Origin: a virus
Taxonomy: Duplodnaviria > Caudoviricetes
Direction: 5' to 3' (one strand)
Length of the DNA: 64,000 nt
Virus record (IMG/VR): IMGVR_UViG_3300046453_000060
Location: 2,207 to 66,206 of that record
Below, in pieces: positions 46,131 to 54,237 of the stretch. The notes beneath the pieces are model-generated. The model was not told the DNA's origin. It ran no database searches and saw nothing but the letters and a program-made list of their open reading frames with translations. Each line of letters starts with the position of its first letter. The first letter of the stretch is position 1. The translations under genes and the position numbers were made by a program.

Positions 46131-46394
46131 TTATTGAGTGGCCTCAGTCACGCTGACTTGGGCCGGGTTATCGTGGTATTGCTGGGGAGCGGACTGCCCG
46201 AGCAGCTGGCGAATCTGGGAAACTGGCCAGGTCGAGCGTTCGTGGATCCGCAAAATCATCCCAGCGCTGACCCTCCCTTTTTCGCGCGCCTTGCTTAAGT
46301 CCGGTGCGCCGACCCCCAGCCAGTTCGCCAGGGCGGAATCGCTGTTGATGGCGAATTCCTGGCGCAGCCGGTCGAACAGGGTCGATGCACTCAT
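46131..46394 (-). CDS. HTH protein (paralogue of the adjacent gene)
   Basis: NSDSALANWLGVGAPDLSKAR...VSAGMILRIHE. Confidence 0.75.
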   Translation of the reverse strand: MSASTLFDRLRQEFAINSDSALANWLGVGAPDLSKAREKGRVSAGMILRIHERSTWPVSQIRQLLGQSAPQQYHDNPAQVSVTEATQ

Positions 46395-46400
46395 GGCTCG

Positions 46401-46697
46401 CTACTCGCCCGCCACTTCAGCGCCGAACGTGCCGCGGAACTTCTTGCGGCGGTCTCCCATCACCGCGCGCAGCTGGGAGATCGTCATGCCGGTCAGTTCG
46501 TGCATGGCGATGAGGAGGGTCGCGCCCACTGGCAGCCGGTTATGGCGGATCTTGCTCAAGACAGGTGGCGCCACCTCGAGCTCGCGCGCCAGGGCTGCGT
46601 CGTTCTTGACGCCCAACTTCCCAAGCAGGAAATCCAGCAAGAAGGCCTGGTCGAGAACCTGTTCCGCATTCGTTGCTCCTGCTGCCACTGCTGTCAT
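46401..46697 (-). CDS. HTH protein
   Basis: KNDAALARELEVAPPVLSKIRHNRLPVGATLLIAMHE. Confidence 0.8.
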   Translation of the reverse strand: MTAVAAGATNAEQVLDQAFLLDFLLGKLGVKNDAALARELEVAPPVLSKIRHNRLPVGATLLIAMHELTGMTISQLRAVMGDRRKKFRGTFGAEVAGE

Positions 46698-46751
46698 CGT
46701 TGACTCCGTGTTGTGGTTATTGGTGACGGCTTCCCGCCGCCTGGGCATTCC

Positions 46752-47351
46752 CTACGTCGAAGCTCGGATCGGAATCGCGGCGAGCCTAGGCTCCGCCTCT
46801 GCCAGCGCAGCTTCGATCGCGCGCTCCGTGCGGGTGGCGGCTTCGCGCTCGTCCCGGACTTCCTTCAGCGCAGCGCGCAGAATCTCGGGAGACGGATTGC
46901 TGCCAGCGCTAAGCAGAGCCATCTGGGCTTCGGAGCTTTCTTTGATCATGGTGCGCAGGTGGCCGGACGCGTCGAACTCGCCAGGCACGGGTGCATCTGC
47001 ACTACGCACCTCGACGCCCAAGGCGCCAAACATCTCGTTCAGGCAGTGAAGACGCTGATCCATCGGCAGCGCGGCCAGGACGGACGGCAGAAGGTTCAGT
47101 GGCAGCAGCGTGCTGTCCTTGGTTTCGTCGTCCAGCCAGCGGAAGATGCGCTCACCCCAGACCTTGGCGCGGGCGAAGGCATCGCGGCCCGGCAGGTCGA
47201 AGGTGATGCCAGTGACCTGGTGCGCGCCGATGGCTTCGTGCACCTCGACGATCTGCTGCGCAGCAGTCTCGCGGCTCCAGTCCTGCGACTTGCGCCAGCT
47301 GTTGACTGCACTGCGGATTACGCCGATGAGTGTCTGAGGTTCGTTCCTCAT
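46752..47351 (-). CDS. CII-position regulatory protein
   Basis: Follows cro; RIFRWLDD..KD..LLP.N, IKESSEA. Confidence 0.65.
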   Translation of the reverse strand: MRNEPQTLIGVIRSAVNSWRKSQDWSRETAAQQIVEVHEAIGAHQVTGITFDLPGRDAFARAKVWGERIFRWLDDETKDSTLLPLNLLPSVLAALPMDQRLHCLNEMFGALGVEVRSADAPVPGEFDASGHLRTMIKESSEAQMALLSAGSNPSPEILRAALKEVRDEREAATRTERAIEAALAEAEPRLAAIPIRAST

Positions 47352-47518
47352 GATCTTTTCCTATTTGCAAGCTAATCTGATAACACTGAAGAACAACAAC
47401 CGGAGCCCTACATGTCTGACGCTGCCTGGATCCTGATGAACTGCGATCTGATCGCTGTACCGCTGCAGATCAAACTCGGCGGCGTGGTCACGGTGTACTG
47501 TGGCGAGCGCCGGGCGAA

Positions 47519-47755
47519 TCAGCTACTGAGCGGCCTAGGGTCAGTTGCGCGCCGCCCAGGAGATGCCTCTAGCTCACAAACCCGCGCATGTAGATCGACG
47601 ATTGCGCGAAGCGTTGCCCCCTTGCAGTCGGGCTGACCGTTAAGGATGCGATTCACTGTTGGCTGCGAGGTCCCCAGTTCCGTTGCAATACGGGGCTCGC
47701 TCCAGTCTGTCGCGCTCTTGATTTCCCTGAGCAGGGTGGCAATGTCTTTGTCCAT
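47519..47755 (-). CDS. Cro-like repressor
   Basis: HTH SEPRIATELGTSQPTVNRILNG; divergent from cI. Confidence 0.85.
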   Translation of the reverse strand: MDKDIATLLREIKSATDWSEPRIATELGTSQPTVNRILNGQPDCKGATLRAIVDLHARVCELEASPGRRATDPRPLSS

Positions 47756-47763
47756 GCTCACAA

Positions 47764-47838
47764 GCATATACGCGAACGGATAGATTATCAATACCCGAAT
47801 GGATAGAAATTTGTGCGCGCCTATACGCGCCCGGATAA
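47764..47838. promoter_or_regulatory. OR region: three operators and the cro promoter
   Basis: ATACGCGAACGGATAG (47768), ATACCCGAATGGATAG (47791), ATACGCGCCCGGATAA (47823); minus-strand TTGATA-N17-TATGCT. Confidence 0.75.
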
Positions 47839-47846
47839 TGCGCCGC

Positions 47847-48311
47847 ATGGATACCAATACAATCGGTTGGCGCCTGGATAAGGCGATGCAGGACGCGAGG
47901 ATCAAATCGCAGGCGCAGCTCGCCCGCCTGAGTGGCGTGCCTCAGCCAACGATCAATCGAATCCTGAATGGTGAGGGTAAGCGGGGGCCGGAGACGGGGA
48001 CCCTTGTTGCGCTTGCCAATGCGACAGGCGTAGAGTTCCTATGGCTTCAACAAGGGCGAGGGCCGCAACGGCCGGGAGAGCCGGTGGAAGCTGGTGACGA
48101 AGCGCGCAATGATGAGAAAGCGCGCTTACGTGTAGTTGAGCAATCCGAGTCTATAACGCTGCAGTGGGTTACAGACCGAGAGGCTGAGCTCCTGAGCGAA
48201 TTTCGAGCTTGCGATGAGCGATTTAAAAAAGACTTACTAGCTGCCGCTCGCGGGCTTCCTAAGGTCGACGTTGTAATCGCCGCTCGCGACAAGGCGCAAC
48301 CCGGGCGTTGA
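47847..48311 (+). CDS. CI-like repressor, HTH without an S24 protease domain
   Basis: SQAQLARLSGVPQPTINRILNG...WLQQGRG; short helical C-terminus EAELLSEFR. Confidence 0.85.
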   Translation: MDTNTIGWRLDKAMQDARIKSQAQLARLSGVPQPTINRILNGEGKRGPETGTLVALANATGVEFLWLQQGRGPQRPGEPVEAGDEARNDEKARLRVVEQSESITLQWVTDREAELLSEFRACDERFKKDLLAAARGLPKVDVVIAARDKAQPGR

Positions 48312-48443
48312 ACGCCGGGGCGAGCTCCTGGCAATCGATTGCAACATGCAAAGCGCGCCGACCTGAGATTCGTCGCTCATACTGTCAAAAGCCTCGAGCA
48401 GTGCTGCTCGGCGGTCTGTCTGCTCTATTTTCTTCTGTTCCAC
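48237..48443 (-). CDS. Small antisense protein overlapping the cI 3' end; putative SOS-induced antirepressor
   Basis: Strong RBS ggagga before GTG; downstream of a LexA box. Confidence 0.6.
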   Translation of the reverse strand: MEQKKIEQTDRRAALLEAFDSMSDESQVGALCMLQSIARSSPRRSTPGLRLVASGDYNVDLRKPASGS

Positions 48444-48541
48444 TATTCCTCCGTCCGGAGTGTTCCTGTTGTTGTATTCGCCGCCAACGGTGTGCTTTAG
48501 TACCTCAGGACTCCGAGCTCGGCTTTCTGTTGTGTCAGAAC

Positions 48542-48561
48542 TACTGTACACGCATACAGTA
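48542..48561. promoter_or_regulatory. LexA (SOS) box
   Basis: TACTGTACACGCATACAGTA matches CTGT-N8-ACAG; minus-strand -10 TAAAAT abuts it. Confidence 0.85.
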
Positions 48562-48822
48562 TTTTACGCCAGCGCCCGGCTGTCCGGTCTTTCTGTGTAG
48601 AAATAACTATATGCTTTCCGGGTTATTGCCACCAATTTATTTTGCATCGGTTGGCAGTAGTTGGCTGCGAGGCTTGGACCAATGACCGCCTGTAACATTT
48701 TCTTCAGAGTGAATCGGGAGACCTCATGAGTGAATATGTAACAAGGATAACTGTTGTTTTTTGTGGTGGCAAATGTGGCACCACAACGGTTTTTCTGTTT
48801 GCTATTGCGCAACAATCGCGCG

Positions 48823-49047
48823 ATGAGCATATTGAACAAAGACCAGAGAACGAAAAGGACATTGCGCCTGCCGCCTGATCTCGATAATGAAATTACAGAG
48901 GCTGCGGCTGCCGCCGGGCGGTCGGCGAATGAGGAGATCATCCACAGGCTGCAGGCCTATGCTGAGTCCGTGGCGCTAAGCGATATTGCCAAGCAAAATG
49001 TCGAACTGAAGAGAATGGTTCAGCAGCTGATAGATCGACAATGCTAG
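48823..49047 (+). CDS. Arc-family ribbon-helix-helix protein
   Basis: RTLRLPPDL...AAAAGRSANEEIIHRL. Confidence 0.85.
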   Translation: MSILNKDQRTKRTLRLPPDLDNEITEAAAAAGRSANEEIIHRLQAYAESVALSDIAKQNVELKRMVQQLIDRQC

Positions 49048-49074
49048 GCTTATAAAGGAGATGTGCGAACGCTT

Positions 49075-49524
49075 ATGGCAATCGAACCCGATCACCTCGC
49101 CGACTTCACGTCGATCCGGCGCGTGACGCTCCGGCTGCGCGCTGGCGTGTCAGGCTTTGAAGCGGAACCAGACATGATTGCCGCCGAACCGTTGTTAGTA
49201 CCTACCTCGGCCCTGCGAGGGCTTGGCGTTGATCCTCAAAAACTGCTGGCGCTGCGCGTGCGCGACCGGGGCCAGGAGCCGATGCTGTTTGAAGACGACT
49301 GGATCGTCATCGACACGGCTGATACCGTGCGGCGTAGCCGCGAGATGTATGCCGTGAACTGGAATGGGGAGGCCTGCGTGCATCAGCTCTTGGAGCGCGG
49401 TGGGCAGTGGTACGTGAGCTATGTGAACCCGGACTTTAAGCCCATCAACGTAAGGAGCGGGCAGTTCAACATTGTTGGCCGGGCGGTCTACCAGCCCGGC
49501 CGGCTTGTCGCCGGAAGACTTTGA
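49075..49524 (+). CDS. Stand-alone S24 peptidase-like domain, catalytic residues substituted
   Basis: LRAGVSGF, VRDRGQEPMLFEDDWIVIDT (normally GDSMEP), GEACVHQL (normally VKRL), IVGRAV. Confidence 0.75.
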   Translation: MAIEPDHLADFTSIRRVTLRLRAGVSGFEAEPDMIAAEPLLVPTSALRGLGVDPQKLLALRVRDRGQEPMLFEDDWIVIDTADTVRRSREMYAVNWNGEACVHQLLERGGQWYVSYVNPDFKPINVRSGQFNIVGRAVYQPGRLVAGRL

Positions 49525-49561
49525 GTCGCCAAGGCATACCTGGATGATGCACAGAACAAAC

Positions 49562-50299
49562 ATGAAGACAATCGGTTGGATCATATTTTTTGCTTCGTTC
49601 GGCCTGCCGTCCATCGCTTTCCCTGGCGATAAGGATATGCTTCGTGACGCATGCTCTGCGATCAAGCAGGCATCGAAGCGATCGGAGTGCTTCGATGCCC
49701 TTGATCGACTCACGGCTAAAGCATCTGCGCCCGCCTCGCCGCTGGTTGCCCCTGTCGGCCCGCTCGTAGTAAATGCTCGGGCGTTTGGTGAGTGCGCCGC
49801 GCTTGAATACGCGGAGATCGACAGCATGCCGCGCGCCGAACTTGAAGGTCTGTACTGCAGCTATCTTGCTGGTGCCGATGTAGTGCGGCGCATTGGTGAT
49901 GCCTCCATCGCAAAGCAGGCAAACCTTTCGATCAAAGCCGCACTGATGGGCGACCAAATTCGAAGGCTAGAACGCTGCACTGCTGGCATGACAAAAGCAG
50001 TCGAAGCATTCAACCGTAAATTCGCCGGAGAGAAGGCCGACTGCTCGAAAATGCCTGGCCGACTAGCGCCACAGCCAAAAGAGCTTGCATCTTCGGCTGA
50101 GGTCGATGGGCTGAGCGACTCAGTTAAGGCGGTTGCCCGGGGGGAGCTCTTGGGCGCTGGTTGCGACCCCATCGGCACACCCAAGATAGATGTGGAGCCG
50201 TACAAGCAGATTCGAATCTCGTACCAATGCTCAGGCTCGAATAGGTGGCAGTCAGTGAGCTGCAGCGATACAAGCTGTCGATCAACTCCACCTCCATAG
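49562..50299 (+). CDS. Predicted exported Cys-rich protein
   Basis: Signal-like N-terminus; CSAIKQASKRSECFD and further paired Cys. Confidence 0.65.
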   Translation: MKTIGWIIFFASFGLPSIAFPGDKDMLRDACSAIKQASKRSECFDALDRLTAKASAPASPLVAPVGPLVVNARAFGECAALEYAEIDSMPRAELEGLYCSYLAGADVVRRIGDASIAKQANLSIKAALMGDQIRRLERCTAGMTKAVEAFNRKFAGEKADCSKMPGRLAPQPKELASSAEVDGLSDSVKAVARGELLGAGCDPIGTPKIDVEPYKQIRISYQCSGSNRWQSVSCSDTSCRSTPPP

Positions 50300-50396
50300 C
50301 CGCCACTGAGTGCTGCAGCTTCGCCGCTTCATGCCCGCGGTGCCGATCAAGGCGCTATTGATCGTGCCTTGATCGGCTCAGCACTAAGCCAAGGCA

Positions 50397-50588
50397 TCAC
50401 CTTGGCTTGCGCTTTTTCGGCCGTCGACCGGTGCGCGGCGTTTGCATATCGAACTTTGGCAGCCAACGCTCAAATACGGTCAGCAGCACGCCTGGCGGGG
50501 CATACCAAGTCTTCATCTCAGCATTCCACCGCGCGCCCAGCCGGCGCGCTTCGTCTTTCTCTGCATACGGCACATTTAGCTTAGTCAC
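50397..50588 (-). CDS. DUF5710-domain protein
   Basis: LNVPYAEKDEARRLGARWN...KTWY. Confidence 0.8.
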   Translation of the reverse strand: MTKLNVPYAEKDEARRLGARWNAEMKTWYAPPGVLLTVFERWLPKFDMQTPRTGRRPKKRKPR

Positions 50589-51117
50589 CGCCCTTACCTT
50601 CCCGCGCGCACGCGCATTAGATAACTCGAACTTAGAATATAGACAACTCGGCTGTTATCTAATCAAGCTGGCTTCTACTACAGCCGCTTCGCTGCACGCT
50701 TGCTTCGCAAGCTCTCGCACTATCGTGCTCGGCGGTGTCTAGTTCTTATTGCTTACTTTCTTTTTTTCTAGCCCCCAACCCCAAACTTATAGTTAATACG
50801 CGTGCATGCGCGAGCGCGTACGTTTCGCTTCCTTCAGGTGTTAGCTCGACAAGCGTATTCACGCCCGAGGCACCATCCGACAGACTTTCGGGTACAAGGC
50901 TCTCTCTTCGCCACCTTGTGTGAGTCTCACCCTTGCCCCCCCAGCTGTTCACCAGGTCGCAGTCTCACCTATCCCCCCACACCTGTGTGTTTTCTGCATA
51001 TGGGGCGGCTGATACCGTCAGCACGGCTGCTCTCTGTGCCTTTTGCGTCGGAGCTCCCGTCCCTGCTCCAGGCCTGCAATCAGCCGAACACGGCCGATGT
51101 GGGAATTTTATCTGAAA

Positions 51118-51160
51118 CTATCCATTCGCGTATTGTTTTTTCTATCCGTTCGTGTATAGT
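51118..51160 (+). promoter_or_regulatory. OL region: two operators overlapping the early-left promoter
   Basis: CTATCCATTCGCGTAT (51118) and CTATCCGTTCGTGTAT (51142) are reverse complements of the OR consensus; TTGTTT...TATAGT. Confidence 0.75.
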
Positions 51161-51197
51161 TGATTTCAAGACGCAGCGAACTCAACCAAGGATCGCC

Positions 51198-51353
51198 ATG
51201 ACGCAGACCAGCAAGCCGAGCAATCAGCAAGTGCGCAACTGGATGCAGCAGCGCCAGGTGGACAGAACTCCTCCGCCGGCGCCGGAAGAGATCCGGACGC
51301 AGCTGGGCTGGCGGTTGATTGAAGCAGAGCGCGAGGCAAAGCAGCCTCGGTAA
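51198..51353 (+). CDS. Small early protein
   Basis: RBS aagga; PPPAPEEIRTQLGW. Confidence 0.65.
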   Translation: MTQTSKPSNQQVRNWMQQRQVDRTPPPAPEEIRTQLGWRLIEAEREAKQPR

Positions 51354-51399
51354 CGAAACGATGCGGCGCACTGGGCGCGGCGAGAACTGGAGATAGGAC

Positions 51400-51627
51400 A
51401 TGGATACGCAGCAATTGTGGCTCAAGGAATTCGACACAGCCAAAGCGGAAGGCTTCACGCCGTTGCAGGCCGGGATGCTGGCAGATGTGAAAGTCCGCGA
51501 TTACGAAAGCGCGGCCAAGCACGCCGCTGCGTTGCAGGCTCAGAAAGAAGCGGCTGCTTACCACTCGCTTTCCGTGCGCGACAACGCGATTGACCGCCAA
51601 TGGGCTGCGCGTCTGTCGAGCGAATAA
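51400..51627 (+). CDS. Hypothetical early protein
   Basis: RBS ggag/agga. Confidence 0.65.
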   Translation: MDTQQLWLKEFDTAKAEGFTPLQAGMLADVKVRDYESAAKHAAALQAQKEAAAYHSLSVRDNAIDRQWAARLSSE

Positions 51628-51669
51628 CACCAACCCCGCGCTCGCTACGGTGGGCGCTCGGAGAGAACG

Positions 51670-51795
51670 ATGAGCACTACGAACACGATCAAGACCACGA
51701 AGTACAAGACCCATGACCGCATCCTTGGCGCCGTGTTTGGACTCTGTCTGGTGGCGGCAGCTGTTGGCGTACTGGACCTGCTGGGGAGCTTCTGA
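51670..51795 (+). CDS. Small membrane peptide (41 aa)
   Basis: RBS ggag; ILGAVFGLCLVAAAVGVL. Confidence 0.55.
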   Translation: MSTTNTIKTTKYKTHDRILGAVFGLCLVAAAVGVLDLLGSF

Positions 51796-51796
51796 C

Positions 51797-52054
51797 ATGA
51801 ACAAAAAGCATTTTCTCCAAGCCGTCGAGAGTTCGATCAAGGCCGCCGACGAGTCGGACGCCAATCGCTCGCACAGCTCCGGCGACGATACGCGGCGGTA
51901 CAGCCGCCACGCAGATTTCCTCGCACACTTCACTGGATACATGAGCAGGGAGTGTCCTGAGGCAACCGCGCTGATTTCCGAGTTCCAGCGTCGCGTACTC
52001 ATCGGAAAAAACCCACTGCTCGACGCAGCTGACAGCGGCAAGGAGCCGAAATGA
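51797..52054 (+). CDS. Hypothetical early protein
   Basis: ATG MNKKHFLQ; coupled downstream. Confidence 0.6.
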   Translation: MNKKHFLQAVESSIKAADESDANRSHSSGDDTRRYSRHADFLAHFTGYMSRECPEATALISEFQRRVLIGKNPLLDAADSGKEPK

Positions 52055-52476
52055 TCTCGGCGCCGAAACCATGGGACGAGGCCTACCTGCGGGAGTGCGC
52101 CGCCGACGAGATCGACCTGGCGCGTCTGCTGAAGTACGGCAAATTCGCAGCGCCGGCCGGCATGACGCGAGACACTCTGCTCGTTCGGGTCGCTGCAGGG
52201 CGCAGCTTCTCCAGTGCTGCCAGCAACCCACGCACCAGGCTTGGTGCGATCGGTGAGTTGCCGCGGTGGCGCCGCGACTGGATTGCCGCCGGCGAACTGA
52301 GCGCGCAGCTGGGCCTGAATACGCACCACGACCAGGACGATGGAACGGTTTCCGTCAGCTTCGGGAACCGGCGTCGCAACGTCACCGAGCGCTACGAGGA
52401 TCACCCGAGCAAGGATGCTGCTACCTGGGCTGCACTTACTCGCGGCGCGATCCAGATGCTCGAAGCAGGAATCTGA
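52051..52476 (+). CDS. Hypothetical phage protein
   Basis: RBS aaggag; LPRWRRDW.AAGEL. Confidence 0.7.
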   Translation: MISAPKPWDEAYLRECAADEIDLARLLKYGKFAAPAGMTRDTLLVRVAAGRSFSSAASNPRTRLGAIGELPRWRRDWIAAGELSAQLGLNTHHDQDDGTVSVSFGNRRRNVTERYEDHPSKDAATWAALTRGAIQMLEAGI

Positions 52477-52747
52477 TGCTGAAGTTCCTTTTGATGCTCA
52501 TCGCAGCCTGCCGCTATCGCTGCCTCTACTGGCTACCGCCAGTCCCGCATGCCGGCGGGAATATGCAGTCGACAACCGTAGCTGCCCGGCCTGAACAACT
52601 GGAGTACGGCTAGTTCATGCGCTTGCCGGGCGGCATTCCGGCAAGCGCCGGCGTCTAGCCAACTTTTCCGAAGTACAGGAGCACCGAAGCCCGCCGCGAG
52701 CGGGCTTTGCCACTGAAGCAGTACCCCACTACCACTCGGAGAACAAC

Positions 52748-53111
52748 ATGCTGCGCTTCATCCTGCTGCACCGCATCGAACTCACCGACCGCCATCCGGC
52801 TTTGATGCTGGCCCTGACGATCGCTGCAATGTGCCTGGCTTCGGCCATCGATCCTTCGGTGCCGCAATGAGCCGCCGTCAGATTGCCGCTGAGTTGGTGC
52901 GTTACGGAATCCTCTGCGCCGCAGCCCTGGTCCTGGTTGCCGTGATCGCCCTGAGCCCGGCGGTGCCGAAATGACCCGCACGTTCTTTCAGGCCTTCGTG
53001 ATCGTCATGGCGCTTTTGCTTTTGATGGCCGAGTCCCAGCGCCGGGATGAAGTGGCAGACGAGCAGCTCGAGCAGCTGCAGCTCGAGCGCGTCGCACAAG
53101 TCGCCCAATAA
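52748..53111 (+). CDS. Three coupled small membrane peptides (52748-52870, 52867-52974, 52971-53111)
   Basis: RBS ggag; ATGA overlaps; one hydrophobic helix each. Confidence 0.55.
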
Positions 53112-53137
53112 CTACAACACAACAAGGAATCCAAGAG

Positions 53138-54040
53138 ATGTGGTTCAAGAACCTGCAGGTATATCGCGTTCCGCAATGTGCGCCATTTATCGATCAACTG
53201 GAGTCCGCCCTTGAACGCCAGACCTTCGTGCCGGCGTCGAGCAATGAGCTGCTCCGCCAAGGATGGGCGCCCGTGCGTGGCGATGGGTCGCCCCTCGTTC
53301 ACGTGGCCAATGGTCAACTGCTGCTGAAGCTCGTCACGGAAAAGAAGATCCTGCCGGGGAAGGCAGTCAACCAGCGCGCAAAGGAAATGGCCGACAAGCT
53401 CGAAGACGAGCAAGGCTTCAGGCCTGGCAAGAAGGCAATGAAAGAGCTGAAGGAGCGCGCTGCGGATGAAATGCTGCCGAAAGCGTTCTCGGTCAAATCC
53501 CACCTCAACGTCTGGATCGACCCGAAGAACGGCTGGTTGGCCGTGGATGCCGCAAGCCCAAGCAAGGCTGACGAAGTGATCAAGCTGTTGCTGAAGTCCG
53601 TCGACAAAATGCCGCTGGAATCGCTTCGTGTACAGCGCTCGCCAGTGGCGATGATGACGGCCTGGCTGAAACAGGAGGCGTCCGCTCTCGACTACGATTT
53701 CACCATTGACCAGGATGCGACCCTGCAGGCGGTCGGCGACGGTAAGGCACAGGTCGGCCTCAAGAACCACAGCCTCGACCCCGAGGACATCTGGCAGCAC
53801 CTTTCCAGCGGCAAGCAGTGCACCCGCCTGGCGATGACCTGGAACAGCCGAATCTCCTTCGTCCTGACCGAGAGCCTGGCGATCAAGTGCATCAAGGCGC
53901 TCGACGTCATCAAGGAAAACCAGTCCATCACCTACAACGACGACGACCGCTTCGACAACGACTTCTTCCTGATGAGCAGTGAGCTGGCCAAGATGCTTGC
54001 CGACCTGGTGGAAGCGCTCGGCGGCGAAGCAAAAGGATGA
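53138..54040 (+). CDS. rdgC: Recombination-associated protein RdgC
   Basis: MWFKNLQVYR, GWAP, EKKILP, LPKAFS, GKQCTRLAMTW..RISFVL, RFDNDF.LM..EL...ALGGE. Confidence 0.96.
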   Translation: MWFKNLQVYRVPQCAPFIDQLESALERQTFVPASSNELLRQGWAPVRGDGSPLVHVANGQLLLKLVTEKKILPGKAVNQRAKEMADKLEDEQGFRPGKKAMKELKERAADEMLPKAFSVKSHLNVWIDPKNGWLAVDAASPSKADEVIKLLLKSVDKMPLESLRVQRSPVAMMTAWLKQEASALDYDFTIDQDATLQAVGDGKAQVGLKNHSLDPEDIWQHLSSGKQCTRLAMTWNSRISFVLTESLAIKCIKALDVIKENQSITYNDDDRFDNDFFLMSSELAKMLADLVEALGGEAKG

Positions 54041-54222
54041 AGCGCTCCGAATTCTGCGGGCCTCGCGAACCGATGCGCGACCGGCTCGCCCGGCTGGGGA
54101 TAAAACCGGAGCCTGGCTGGAAGCATGACAGCAGCCGGTTCTACCTCACGAGACGCGCGCGGCGGGATCTGGACGAAATCACGCTCAGCAAGCCCTACAA
54201 ACCCGAAAACGACAAGACCTAA
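54037..54222 (+). CDS. Small hypothetical protein
   Basis: ATGA overlap with rdgC. Confidence 0.55.
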   Translation: MKRSEFCGPREPMRDRLARLGIKPEPGWKHDSSRFYLTRRARRDLDEITLSKPYKPENDKT

Positions 54223-54237
54223 TAACTGGAGAGCACC

